In this document: positions 10,538-19,963 of the stretch, piece after piece
Layout: every line of letters begins with the position of its first letter
Position numbering within the stretch: the stretch's first letter is position 1
Source: Candidatus Bathyarchaeota archaeon
Lineage (GTDB): Archaea; Thermoproteota; Bathyarchaeia; 40CM-2-53-6
Assembly: GCA_963726255.1 (NCBI GenBank)
Contig: CAVSBL010000002.1
Location: 800,001-864,000 of the forward strand
DNA length: 64,000 nucleotides
Reading direction: 5' to 3'
The notes under the pieces: generated by a model
Databases searched by the model: none
What the model saw: only the letters and a program-made list of their open reading frames with translations
What the model was told of the DNA's origin: nothing
Position numbers and translations under genes: made by a program

Positions 10538-12217
10538 TTGCGAATTCGCGTTGCTATGGCTCAGATTAACGCCACGATGGGCGACATAGTAGGCAATACC
10601 AAGCTCATTCTCGAATATGCGCAGAAAGCGGCTGGAGCTAAAGCGGACATGGTCACTTTCCCTGAGATGGCGATTACGGGTTATCCACCGCTGGACCTTC
10701 TGCCGCCGAGGGAAGTGAGGCCACCTGCAGGCAACCGGAAGCCTGAGGAGGAAGCGTTCGTCCGCTTGAACAAGCAACAGCTCTTTGAACTCGCAAAGCA
10801 ACTCCCTCCGATAACGGCCTTCGTGGGCTTCGTAGATTATGACGAGACACACCTCTACAATGCCGCAGCCGTAATACGGCCCCCAGACGTTGTCAACATA
10901 ATACACAAGACGCTTCTTCCCACGTACGATGTATTCGACGAGCTCCGCTACTTTACACCCGCTCAATCAAACCTGCCCACAACAATCGAGATGAGAGGCG
11001 GATCGGTGGTCGTTGGAACATCGGTTTGCGAAGATATTTGGGACGAAGAAATAGGCTACGGCGTTGGAGTTGTCGACACTCTCTGCGAGCGCGGGGCACA
11101 ATTGATCATGAACCTGAACGCGTCCCCATTCCACGACAAGATTAGAGAAATTCGTTTGCGCATTCTACGAAGGAAAGCACAGAGATTCGGAAAGCCAATT
11201 TTCTACGTCAACATGGTTGGCGGACAGGATGAACTCGTTTTCGATGGACAGAGCTTGGCCGTGGACGCCAAGGGGCGACTTGTTGCCATAGGCAAGCAAT
11301 TTGAAGAGGACCTTGTAATCGCAGACATCGACCTGCCCGGCGGCGAAGCCCTAGCCGGAGAGATTGCTGAACCCGTATACAACCGTGAAGCGGAAATGTT
11401 CAACGCACTAGTGCTAGGCCTTCGGGACTACTTCCGAAAGACAGGATTTACACGTGCGTTAGTAGGTCTGAGTGGCGGCATAGACTCCTCACTCGCCGCC
11501 GCGATAGCCGCCCAGGCCCTGGGAAGCGAGAACGTCACCGGCGTTTCAATGCCTTCGCGCTACTCAAGCGAGCATAGTAAGGACGACGCGAAGGCGCTGG
11601 CAAAGTACCTCGGAATCAGGTTGCTCACGATTCCAATCGAAGATATCTTCTCGGCCTACGAAAAACAGCTTCAGCCGAACTTCCAAAATCGGCCCCCCAA
11701 CGTCGCCGAAGAAAACATGCAGGCTCGCATACGCGGCAACATTCTGATGGCTCTCTCGAACAAATTCGGCGAGCTCGTGCTCTCCACGGGGAATAAGACG
11801 GAGCTCGCCCTCGGCTATGCCACCTTATATGGGGATATGAGCGGAGGGCTCGAAGTAATTGGTGACGTGAGCAAGACAGAAGTCTACGCCCTCTCCAAAT
11901 ACTACAACACAATATCCAACGGGGCGATTCCAGGTAACTGTTTCAGCAAAGTACCCTCAGCCGAGCTGAAACCAGACCAATTCGACCCCTTCGACTATTC
12001 CATAGTTTCACCCCTCGTGGATGATGTGGTAGAGAACCGCCTCTCCGCGAACGAGCTCGTGAAAAAAGGGTACAACAAGGATCTCGTTGACGACGTGTTG
12101 AAACGGATAAGAAAGGCCGAGTACAAACGTAGGCAGGCTCCACCAACAATCAAAATCACGAAGAAAGCCTTCGGTTTGGGCTGGAAGATGCCAATAGTGA
12201 ACAAGTTCGTTTATTGA
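10538..12217 (+). CDS. nadE: Glutamine-dependent NAD+ synthetase
   Basis: Nitrilase domain (FPEMAITGY, K, CEDIW) plus NAD synthase domain (GLSGGIDS, ENMQARIRG, TGNKTE, PSAEL). Confidence 0.95.
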   Translation: MRIRVAMAQINATMGDIVGNTKLILEYAQKAAGAKADMVTFPEMAITGYPPLDLLPPREVRPPAGNRKPEEEAFVRLNKQQLFELAKQLPPITAFVGFVDYDETHLYNAAAVIRPPDVVNIIHKTLLPTYDVFDELRYFTPAQSNLPTTIEMRGGSVVVGTSVCEDIWDEEIGYGVGVVDTLCERGAQLIMNLNASPFHDKIREIRLRILRRKAQRFGKPIFYVNMVGGQDELVFDGQSLAVDAKGRLVAIGKQFEEDLVIADIDLPGGEALAGEIAEPVYNREAEMFNALVLGLRDYFRKTGFTRALVGLSGGIDSSLAAAIAAQALGSENVTGVSMPSRYSSEHSKDDAKALAKYLGIRLLTIPIEDIFSAYEKQLQPNFQNRPPNVAEENMQARIRGNILMALSNKFGELVLSTGNKTELALGYATLYGDMSGGLEVIGDVSKTEVYALSKYYNTISNGAIPGNCFSKVPSAELKPDQFDPFDYSIVSPLVDDVVENRLSANELVKKGYNKDLVDDVLKRIRKAEYKRRQAPPTIKITKKAFGLGWKMPIVNKFVY

Positions 12218-12224
12218 CCTGTCT

Positions 12225-13073
12225 TCAGAGCAGCGGGCTAACCAAATGAGCGATACTGTAGGCCTGCTCGCTTCTTACAAAGTGTCTAAGGCCAGGCTCG
12301 AAGGGAAGGACGAAGGGATCATCTGAACCTAGCTTGGCTCCCAAGTATCCTCGAAACATGTTGAAGGAACCTTTCGGGGCAACTCTCGTGGTTAGAGCAT
12401 TCTTGGCGATCCTGCCCAGCGCATATAGGGGGTGGTAGCCCAGGGTCGCCATGGCTGCGCCCCAATAAACAAATTGATGCTTCGCCCCACGGGGCTGGAA
12501 GTGCTCGAACACAAGGTCATCGAACAATCGGGTTCTCAACCCCTTCATGGAAGCCTTGTACAGTAGCCACGTTTCCCATCCCGCCTGGGCTGGGTACATT
12601 CCGCCAACCTCGCGCCAAAACAGCGAAGTAATCATTCGTCCGCTTCCAGATGGCGAGTGTTCACGCGAAAATCCTCCGCCCGACGACGGTCGCCCGCTTG
12701 CAACTACAATTCGCGGATCAGATCTCATCCTCGAAACAAGGGAATTAGTGTAATTCGGTGGGTAGAAGCAGTCGTCGCCACTTACCATGAAGAAGTCCGC
12801 TTCTTGTCTGAATGCGTTCCTGGTTTTCCACGCTAGGTTGATGTTCAATGGAACACGCCGGATATCGTAGCCCCTATCTGGCTTAGTTACCACCTCGACA
12901 GTGTCGCGGTGCTCGCGCTCGTAGCGCCGAAGTATATCAGGCGTCGAGTCGGTTGAACCATCATCAACAACCACGACCCCTTCGGGCTCCAGCTTCTGGT
13001 CAACTATGGAGTCTAGTGTTCGCTGGAGGTGTGAAGCAGCATTCCTAGCCACGACAGCGACCCAATAACCCAA
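12225..13073 (-). CDS. GT2 family glycosyltransferase
   Basis: VVARNAA, VVDDGSTDST, GDD motif, GWET. Confidence 0.88.
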   Translation of the reverse strand: MGYWVAVVARNAASHLQRTLDSIVDQKLEPEGVVVVDDGSTDSTPDILRRYEREHRDTVEVVTKPDRGYDIRRVPLNINLAWKTRNAFRQEADFFMVSGDDCFYPPNYTNSLVSRMRSDPRIVVASGRPSSGGGFSREHSPSGSGRMITSLFWREVGGMYPAQAGWETWLLYKASMKGLRTRLFDDLVFEHFQPRGAKHQFVYWGAAMATLGYHPLYALGRIAKNALTTRVAPKGSFNMFRGYLGAKLGSDDPFVLPFEPGLRHFVRSEQAYSIAHLVSPLL

Positions 13074-13076
13074 CCC

Positions 13077-14951
13077 TCACGCCACCAACGCCTCAGCCGC
13101 AAGGCTGGCGCCCACCCGGTCACTGTCTATGAATATTCTATGCCAAAAGTGAAAACCGAGCAGCTGCCACAGTAGCACTTGTTGGCGCCTGTCTCTGGCT
13201 GAGCCGGAAGTGTTCGCGATAAGCTTCTCGACTTTTTGTGCTCGGAAGTATTGTTTGATGACCTCTGATTCGGGGAGAATTTGCCGAACCAGTTCACCAA
13301 CCTCCCCTTTGAACCAGGCTTGAACTTTCACGCTGAATCCCCATTTGGGCTTGCGGAGGCTTTCTTCAGGCAGAACACTTTTCACCGCTTTCCTGAGCAG
13401 GAGTTTCCCATGCGTCCCAAGTGTGTACTTCATCTGCCATGGAACCGCCGCCATCAAGTCGACGATGCGGTTGTCAAGGAGCGGGACTCTGAGCTCAAGC
13501 GAGTGTGCCATGCTCATCGCATCATCCACGGATAGAAGGTCCTCAACAAGCTTCGTCCTCAGCTCTGCGTTGATCAGCCCCTGAAGGAAATCCGTCCCCT
13601 TGAAGAAAGGGCCATATTGACCTGTCAACTTTTCAACTGATGATGCTCCATCTCCGAAGATCTCCTTGGCGAATGAATTTGGGAGCACTCCTGCAAGGAT
13701 TAGATACTCAGATGTGTTGTCGCCGAGCGATTTCAGCACGCGTAGCCGGTTCTTGGTTTTCATATTCGTGGGTAGACTCTGAAGGGTACCACCGGGAACC
13801 TTGAGGATGTGCGCGACTGGGTTCTTCGTGAGCCTTTGAATCCGAAGTGCGTTCTCATATCTCGTGTAGTATCCTGCAAAGACTTCGTCTCCACCGTTTC
13901 CACTCAGGCAAACTGTTACGTATTTTCGTACGAGTTCGCAAACGAACCACGGGTAGAGGTTGTACTTTGGCGCCTCCACGTGCCAGATCATTTTGGGGTA
14001 CAGTTTCATGGCTTGGGAGCTATCAACGGTCAGGTCGTGGTGGTCTGTGCCGAAATGATCGGCTATTAATCGGGCGTCCGCAAACTCGTCCGTCTCCTCT
14101 CCGAAACCCATGCAAAACGTCTTCAAGGGCTGGCTTGAGGCTCGGGAGGCGTAAGCAACTATCGTGCTTGTGTCGAGGCCGCCCGAGAGGAAGCAGCCGA
14201 CTGGGACGTCGGCTACCAACTGATCGCGTATTGATTCCTCCAGTGCCGATTGAAGCTTGTCAACCAGCTGGTCTGCGTCCGCAGTCGCCGTAATGGTTGG
14301 TAGCTGCCAGTAAGTTTCGATTCTCACCGAGCCGTCATGGTAAACGAGAAAACTTGACGGCGGAAGTTTGTAGATTCCTTCGATTAAGGTCCCCGTTCCC
14401 GGGATGTAGCCAAGGTTGAGTACGCTGTAGAGGGATTCCAAGTTCACGGCTCTGCTGAATGGGGTCTGGAGAATTGCTTTCATCTCTGACGCGAAGAGTA
14501 GCGCACTCTTCTGCACGGTGTAGTAGAGCGGCTTTATGCCCATTCGGTCGCGTGCCAGAATCAGCTTTCTTTGCTTTGAGTCCCAGAGCGCGATGGCGAA
14601 CATTCCATTGAGTTTCTTAACGAAATCTTCGCCATACTGTTCGTAGCTGTGAACGATGACTTCGGTGTCAGATTTGGTGCAAAAGCTGTGCCCTTGTGCT
14701 TCCAATTCTTGGCGAAGTTGGCGATAGTTGTAGATTTCACCATTGTAGGTAACATGAACGGTTCCATCCTCGTTCTGTATCGGTTGGTGTCCGCCTTCAA
14801 TGTCTATGATGCTTAGGCGCGCGTTGGCCAGCCCAATATCCTGGTCCAAATAGAATCCTGTATCGTCAGGTCCTCGATGGTGGAGGACATCAATCATTTT
14901 CCTGAGCAGTGATTCATCGTTTAGGCCGGCGAAACCGGCTATGCCGCAGAA
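13077..14951 (-). CDS. asnB: Asparagine synthetase B-like glutamine amidotransferase (probably glycan amidation)
   Basis: HRGPDD, RLSIID, NGEIYN, SDTEV, LSGGLD, GGDEVFAGY, MAHSLELRVP. The Ntn N-terminus CGIAGF lies in frame upstream of the track start and follows a TTC codon at 14949-14951. Confidence 0.9.
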   Translation of the reverse strand, partial: FCGIAGFAGLNDESLLRKMIDVLHHRGPDDTGFYLDQDIGLANARLSIIDIEGGHQPIQNEDGTVHVTYNGEIYNYRQLRQELEAQGHSFCTKSDTEVIVHSYEQYGEDFVKKLNGMFAIALWDSKQRKLILARDRMGIKPLYYTVQKSALLFASEMKAILQTPFSRAVNLESLYSVLNLGYIPGTGTLIEGIYKLPPSSFLVYHDGSVRIETYWQLPTITATADADQLVDKLQSALEESIRDQLVADVPVGCFLSGGLDTSTIVAYASRASSQPLKTFCMGFGEETDEFADARLIADHFGTDHHDLTVDSSQAMKLYPKMIWHVEAPKYNLYPWFVCELVRKYVTVCLSGNGGDEVFAGYYTRYENALRIQRLTKNPVAHILKVPGGTLQSLPTNMKTKNRLRVLKSLGDNTSEYLILAGVLPNSFAKEIFGDGASSVEKLTGQYGPFFKGTDFLQGLINAELRTKLVEDLLSVDDAMSMAHSLELRVPLLDNRIVDLMAAVPWQMKYTLGTHGKLLLRKAVKSVLPEESLRKPKWGFSVKVQAWFKGEVGELVRQILPESEVIKQYFRAQKVEKLIANTSGSARDRRQQVLLWQLLGFHFWHRIFIDSDRVGASLAAEALVA

Positions 14952-15094
14952 GATGGGGCCCTCCTAGACGCAGTGATGGTGTCGCTAAACGCTGGGAGAC
15001 TTATGAAATTCGTTATGTCGAGTTACGACACATGCATGTTCCGGAAACGGAACATTAATATACAATCCAACCATACTAACGTCTGGCGATCAAG

Positions 15095-15235
15095 ATGAGC
15101 ATGGTTTGCAAGCTAATCGGCCATCAATTCCGGAATACCTACGTGATAAGCGAAGACGGCGACTTCTTCGAAGTTAATGATGCTCAGTACTGCCGGCACT
15201 GTGGAACAGTGCACGCTAGCCTCCGAGCGAACTAG
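15095..15235 (+). CDS. Small CxxxGH...CxxC putative Zn-binding protein (46 aa, DUF1660-like pattern)
   Basis: Manually translated MSMVCKLIGHQFRNTYVISEDGDFFEVNDAQYCRHCGTVHASLRAN. AT-rich TATA-like element upstream. Confidence 0.65.
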   Translation: MSMVCKLIGHQFRNTYVISEDGDFFEVNDAQYCRHCGTVHASLRAN

Positions 15236-15300
15236 CTCACGAAGATCGGCGAGGGCTACCAAAGCCAGAGCCCGAATCATACTAGCGGTTGAAATCTGCG

Positions 15301-16881
15301 CTAACTTACTGTTGAGCTAGCGAAGACCGGCGTAGGTTCTGCCGGCTTCAGGAGCGCCTTTGTTCTGAACACCGGCCTGTAGACCGGTCCGTAGATGATT
15401 AGGCCAGACTTCCCCTCGTTGTCCAGTCGCCGGATGAGGCTCTCAAGTTCCATTCCCGGCTGAATCTTGTTCGCGCTTTCATCTACAATCAGCACTTTGC
15501 CTTGCTTTAGAACTTCGAAGTTTGACATCAAACGTTCCTTAACAGTGGGCCTGTCGACTGAAACCACTCGAGCGTTTACTGGTAGGGTGTGTTGCTCCAC
15601 CGGCCCATTACAGTCAAATTCCAGGCATCGGTCACGTGCTGGGTAGAAGACCCGTTGGCAGCCATTGCACAACGTGTAGGTCAGTGTCTTTCCGTTGTAT
15701 GGTTCAATTGTCGCAATTATCCTCGGCGCTTCAAGTTTGGCACGGACTGAACCACGCTTGTATTTCACCAACCTCTGGTACGCCTCTAAGCTGATATCTC
15801 GTCTTCTATTCACGTATTCCATCACAGTCGGGACTCGGCTTCTTCGTTCGAGGATTTTGTCTTCGACATGCATCCAAGTGGCGATCGTGTAAGCGCCCGA
15901 ACCGTATGATACCGCGAGAATATCTTGCCCAGGTTTTGCATGGTCGAGGATGTCGCACGTGGCGATCAGCGTGGCTGCCGCGTAAGTGTTCCCAGTATCC
16001 AAGACGCGCAGCCATGGCCGTATCTTCTCCTCGATGAAATCGGGCGTTAGACGAATTCTCTCCTCAAGTTCTGGGTTGTCTAGAATCGGAATTTTCTCTT
16101 GGGCGAGGGTTTTGCACGTTTTAATTGGCATGTAGCCGGATGGTTGGTGGAATGTGATGTAATCGAAATCCATCAGTGAAACCTCAGGGTGTTTCATGAG
16201 GAGACCTTCGATGGCCCCGATGACGTGTTTGATGTAGGCTTCTACGGTTGTTCGGCCGAAGTGGCTTGGGACGCTGGCTCCGTCCCTCCTCCAAAAATCA
16301 AGCGTTAAACTCGAATAAGCTGCAGTGTCAACAATTGTCGCAACAGGGCTATCCCTTCCGAGCAAGAAGGCTCCCGCACCGGCCCCACATGCGTATTCCA
16401 AGGGGTCGCCAATTGGCGCTTGAGCAACATCAGTTCCAACGGCTAGGCCGTACTTGATCCTTCCGCTCAAGATTTGGCTTTCAACGAACGCTGTTGACTG
16501 CATTCCAGAATTACACGCGCCTTCCAGATCGGCAATGTAAACGCGGTTGCCTAAGCCCAGGAAGGATGCGACATGCCGGGCGATGGTGCCCACGGCGTAT
16601 GGTTTTGATTCTGAACCGACGGCGACGGTTTCAATCTCCGCGGGGTCGACGCCAGCCATCTCCACCGCGTTCAGGGCCGCTTCGGTAGCAATCGTTATCG
16701 AATCTTCGCTTATCCCTGCAATGGACTTATCCTTCAGCAACAAGCCGTTCCTTACTTTGTCGAGAAACTGCGGGAGGTCCTTACGTTTCCCTTCGCGCGC
16801 TCGAACTATGAGCTCGCTTTGAATACGCTGAAGTGGGATGTATGCCCCGTACCCAATAATCCCGATTCTTTCGGTTCCCAT
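15301..16881 (-). CDS. Archaeal-type HMG-CoA synthase fused to a C-terminal DUF35 (Zn-ribbon + OB-fold) domain
   Basis: GSESKPYA, DLEGAC, DFWRR, FHQP, GNTY, SYGSGA. C-terminal CNGC..FYPARDRC...C and IRRL....GLIIYG..YRP. Confidence 0.88.
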   Translation of the reverse strand: MGTERIGIIGYGAYIPLQRIQSELIVRAREGKRKDLPQFLDKVRNGLLLKDKSIAGISEDSITIATEAALNAVEMAGVDPAEIETVAVGSESKPYAVGTIARHVASFLGLGNRVYIADLEGACNSGMQSTAFVESQILSGRIKYGLAVGTDVAQAPIGDPLEYACGAGAGAFLLGRDSPVATIVDTAAYSSLTLDFWRRDGASVPSHFGRTTVEAYIKHVIGAIEGLLMKHPEVSLMDFDYITFHQPSGYMPIKTCKTLAQEKIPILDNPELEERIRLTPDFIEEKIRPWLRVLDTGNTYAAATLIATCDILDHAKPGQDILAVSYGSGAYTIATWMHVEDKILERRSRVPTVMEYVNRRRDISLEAYQRLVKYKRGSVRAKLEAPRIIATIEPYNGKTLTYTLCNGCQRVFYPARDRCLEFDCNGPVEQHTLPVNARVVSVDRPTVKERLMSNFEVLKQGKVLIVDESANKIQPGMELESLIRRLDNEGKSGLIIYGPVYRPVFRTKALLKPAEPTPVFASSTVS

Positions 16882-16983
16882 AGTAGACCCCCAGTCTGCG
16901 AGGGTTAAAAGTATGCTAGCCGCTGTCCCACCATATTTAAAATGGGATTACAGTTGTTCACTAAACGTGCAACATCGGAAGTT

Positions 16984-17310
16984 CTATTGCTCGACGCCGC
17001 AGAGATCGCAGAAAATTGCCTCAGCCGGGATGTCCGCCCCGCAATCGTTGCACTTCTTCACACCCGCGGAAGGCGTGGGTTGGGCGGGTCTTGCGGGAGT
17101 TGGCTGGGCTGGTTCCGCCTCGGGCGGGCTTGGCTGTGGGGCTACTGGAGAAGTAGCCTTGCGGTTTGGGTTTTTCAGGTCATTATCCTTAATGTATTTG
17201 TGCAGACCTTTTGAGAGCTGTGCGTAGCTGACAAGTTCGCCCTCCTTCACGCTAAGCAGAGCCGACAATATCTTGTCTGCGAACACAACCTTTTTCGTGA
17301 GGCCGCTCAT
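16984..17310 (-). CDS. SWIB/MDM2-like half domain + Pro-rich linker + Zn ribbon
   Basis: FADKILSALL..GELVSYAQLSKGLHKYIKDNDLKNP, then CNDCGADIPAEAIFCDLCG. Confidence 0.7.
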   Translation of the reverse strand: MSGLTKKVVFADKILSALLSVKEGELVSYAQLSKGLHKYIKDNDLKNPNRKATSPVAPQPSPPEAEPAQPTPARPAQPTPSAGVKKCNDCGADIPAEAIFCDLCGVEQ

Positions 17311-17355
17311 TACAAAACCGTTAAACGCTTAGGGCGGGAGTCTATTTAGACTTGC

Positions 17356-17916
17356 TCAGGACCAGGGGATTGGCGGTTTCTTTGCCAACCCGTAGGCGAG
17401 AATAATCGCTCCACCAACCATCAGTGCCCACGCAACGTACGGCACCCGGGGGTCCGGTACATGAGTGACTGTTACCTCGCTGTAACCAATCGAAATCACA
17501 ACGTACTTCTTGAAGAGCGAAGCCCGATTGTCGAAGACGAAGTAGTATGTTCCAGCGTTGGCGGTCGTGAACGTGAAATTGAATTGACCTTGTTTCTCGG
17601 CCGAGAACATGAAGGTAGACTGCTGTCCCGAATTCCATTTCTGGTAGTTGGCGGCGTCGAAAACCATGAACTGGACGTCGCCTGAGGCGTTCGTGGGAGC
17701 CTGTGTTACGTCGAGCGAACCGAAGGCGGAGACGCTGGCCGGCAGGTCATACGTTCGATCGATGACGTCGCCCACAAGAAATTCCGCGTGTGGTTCTACG
17801 GTGCGGTTTTGCACTTGCTGCACCTCGACCGTTACATATTGGCTCAGCATGGTGAGGAGCAGCACGCCCACTACAAGGACGCAAGCGCCCGCCACTGCTG
17901 TTTTGAATAGGACCAT
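17356..17916 (-). CDS. Two-TM protein with extracellular GOLD/p24-like beta-sandwich
   Basis: Hydrophobic N- and C-terminal helices flanking FNFTF..AGTYYFVFDNRASLFKKYV. Confidence 0.7.
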   Translation of the reverse strand: MVLFKTAVAGACVLVVGVLLLTMLSQYVTVEVQQVQNRTVEPHAEFLVGDVIDRTYDLPASVSAFGSLDVTQAPTNASGDVQFMVFDAANYQKWNSGQQSTFMFSAEKQGQFNFTFTTANAGTYYFVFDNRASLFKKYVVISIGYSEVTVTHVPDPRVPYVAWALMVGGAIILAYGLAKKPPIPWS

Positions 17917-18088
17917 TCTGCGATCGCTGAGATCAGCATGTTGTGGAGCGTTATTTGAAATCTTGATGCAAAACAGTCAACTTCCAGCTTAATCGAGATG
18001 CCTTAACTCCAAAATGGTGACTTGCCCAAGTCCGCCATCCAGCAGTAATGGTTAAGACCTATCAGCCTGTTTTTGGCGGCGGTTAAAA

Positions 18089-18199
18089 ATGGACATAGTA
18101 CAACACTTGAAAGATCATCCTAACCGTATCGGCATGACTGTCGGCCTGATCCTACTCGCCTTCATTGCCGTCACCATACTCCTCAAACAATTCCATTAG
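18089..18199 (+). CDS. Small single-TM protein (36 aa)
   Basis: Manually translated MDIVQHLKDHPNRIGMTVGLILLAFIAVTILLKQFH. Fills the intergenic gap. Confidence 0.5.
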   Translation: MDIVQHLKDHPNRIGMTVGLILLAFIAVTILLKQFH

Positions 18200-18248
18200 G
18201 CGAATCAGCACCGGCTCAACGGCCGCTGATTGGAAACGGAAATGGAAC

Positions 18249-19172
18249 TCAGGATAGACGGCCGGCGATTTCTGGGGGCTTAGTGGAAACCGGATTAGTG
18301 GTCACGCTTTCTCCGAGAATTGGACTGTTCTTCGATGCCTCTAAGTCGTGTATTTTCTGCAATTCTTCAATTCCTCTCAATTTGTGTCGAATGAGGGTGT
18401 TCTCCAACTCCTCCTTGAGCAAGTGCAATATGTCTCTGTGAACGTGAACAAACAGTGCGTGTGTTCTGTCTCGCGGACGTTCGAGTGAGATCGGGAATAT
18501 TCTCTTCACCTTCGCCGGGCGTGAAGAAAGAACGACGACCTTGTCTGCTAGTTCTATGGCTTCGGAAAGGTTGTGTGTGACGAGAACGAAGGTCTTACCT
18601 GTCTGCTTGTGTAGCTCTGTGACTTCCTCCCGGAGAATATCTGCGGTGACTTCGTCGATTGCGCTGAAAGGCTCGTCCATGAGTACGACTTCTGGCTGTA
18701 CGGCCAAAGCCCGGGCAATGCCAACTCTCTGTTTCATTCCGCCGGAGAGTTGCTTTGGGTACATGTGCTCGTATCCGGTGAGGCCCACCATTTCGAGGTA
18801 TTCTCGTGAAATGGTACGGCGTTCGGACTTCGGGGTCTTGCGCATCTCCAACCCGTACTCTACATTCTCCTGCACTGTCCTCCACGGGAAGAGTCCGAAG
18901 CCTTGAAAGACCATGCTGATTTTATCGTGCGGGCCTCGAACAGGGCCTCCCTGAAACCGCACTTCTCCTGATGTTGGAGAATCAAGTCCAGCCATGATTT
19001 TGAGTAATGTGGACTTACCGCATCCGCTCGGCCCCACAATGGTGACGAATTCGCCGCGGTCAATTCCAAAGCTGATCTCATGAAGCGCGTGAGTCTTATT
19101 GCGTGCTTCGTAAAATTTGCTTACATTCTGCAATTCCACGTGTGGCTCCACTAAGCCCACCTCTTCGCCCAA
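18249..19172 (-). CDS. NitT/TauT (SsuB-like) ABC transporter ATP-binding protein
   Basis: GPSGCGKST, LSGGMKQRV, LMDEPFSA, VTH, LSSRPA. Confidence 0.93.
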   Translation of the reverse strand: MGEEVGLVEPHVELQNVSKFYEARNKTHALHEISFGIDRGEFVTIVGPSGCGKSTLLKIMAGLDSPTSGEVRFQGGPVRGPHDKISMVFQGFGLFPWRTVQENVEYGLEMRKTPKSERRTISREYLEMVGLTGYEHMYPKQLSGGMKQRVGIARALAVQPEVVLMDEPFSAIDEVTADILREEVTELHKQTGKTFVLVTHNLSEAIELADKVVVLSSRPAKVKRIFPISLERPRDRTHALFVHVHRDILHLLKEELENTLIRHKLRGIEELQKIHDLEASKNSPILGESVTTNPVSTKPPEIAGRLS

Positions 19173-19963
19173 GAGTCCAATGATCCGAAAAACACACGAT
19201 CAACAACCACAGCGACTAACGCGATTGCTAAGATTGCCGCGAAACCGCTGTCAAGCGATCCGCCGCTGACGGACCCTTCGATGAAACTACCTATGCCCGC
19301 CGCATTCGTTGCTATCTCAATCGCAATTATTATTTCCCATCCGAAGTCATACGCGAGCCTTAATCCGCTAAACATATGTGGGCAAATGGCTGGTAGAATC
19401 ATTTTTGTGAACGTCGAGAGCCGGCCCGATTTGAAGATGGAGGTAACCTCGAATAACTCTTTGGGAATATTTCTCGTTCCGTCTCGAACTGTGAAGTATA
19501 TGGGGAAGAAGCCTGCCACCGAAGCCATTATGATCGCTGCCACACCTCCTGCGCCGAACCAGAGCACTAAGAGCGGGAGGAACGATAGGTCAGGAAGTGC
19601 TCCGAAGATCATTATGAGCGGCGTGAACGTAAAGTCGAATTTGTTCTTGCTTCCCGCTACGAAGGCAATCGGCAGCGCGGTTGAGAAGGCGAGCAATAGG
19701 CCGCAACTCAAAGTGAGAAAACTATGCCCAATACGGAGCAGGAAGGCTGGATTTTGAACAGACAAGAAGAAGACATCCAACACGCTTGAGAACGTTGGCA
19801 TATTCGAATGTGGAATAAGGCCGAACCGTGTGACTATTTCCCAACCTGCAAATCCTGCAGCGAGCGGGATTAGCCACAGATAATTCGTCAGCATGTTTTC
19901 AGAGAGCACTCTACCGGTCAACGATAACGTGAGGGCTTTCTGTTTTTCCACGGACACTTCCAC
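19151..19963 (-). CDS. NitT/TauT (SsuC-like) ABC transporter permease
   Basis: Six hydrophobic segments, LPLLVLWFG, ILPA..P..FSGLR, GIG. Confidence 0.9.
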   Translation of the reverse strand: MEVSVEKQKALTLSLTGRVLSENMLTNYLWLIPLAAGFAGWEIVTRFGLIPHSNMPTFSSVLDVFFLSVQNPAFLLRIGHSFLTLSCGLLLAFSTALPIAFVAGSKNKFDFTFTPLIMIFGALPDLSFLPLLVLWFGAGGVAAIIMASVAGFFPIYFTVRDGTRNIPKELFEVTSIFKSGRLSTFTKMILPAICPHMFSGLRLAYDFGWEIIIAIEIATNAAGIGSFIEGSVSGGSLDSGFAAILAIALVAVVVDRVFFGSLDSWAKRWA

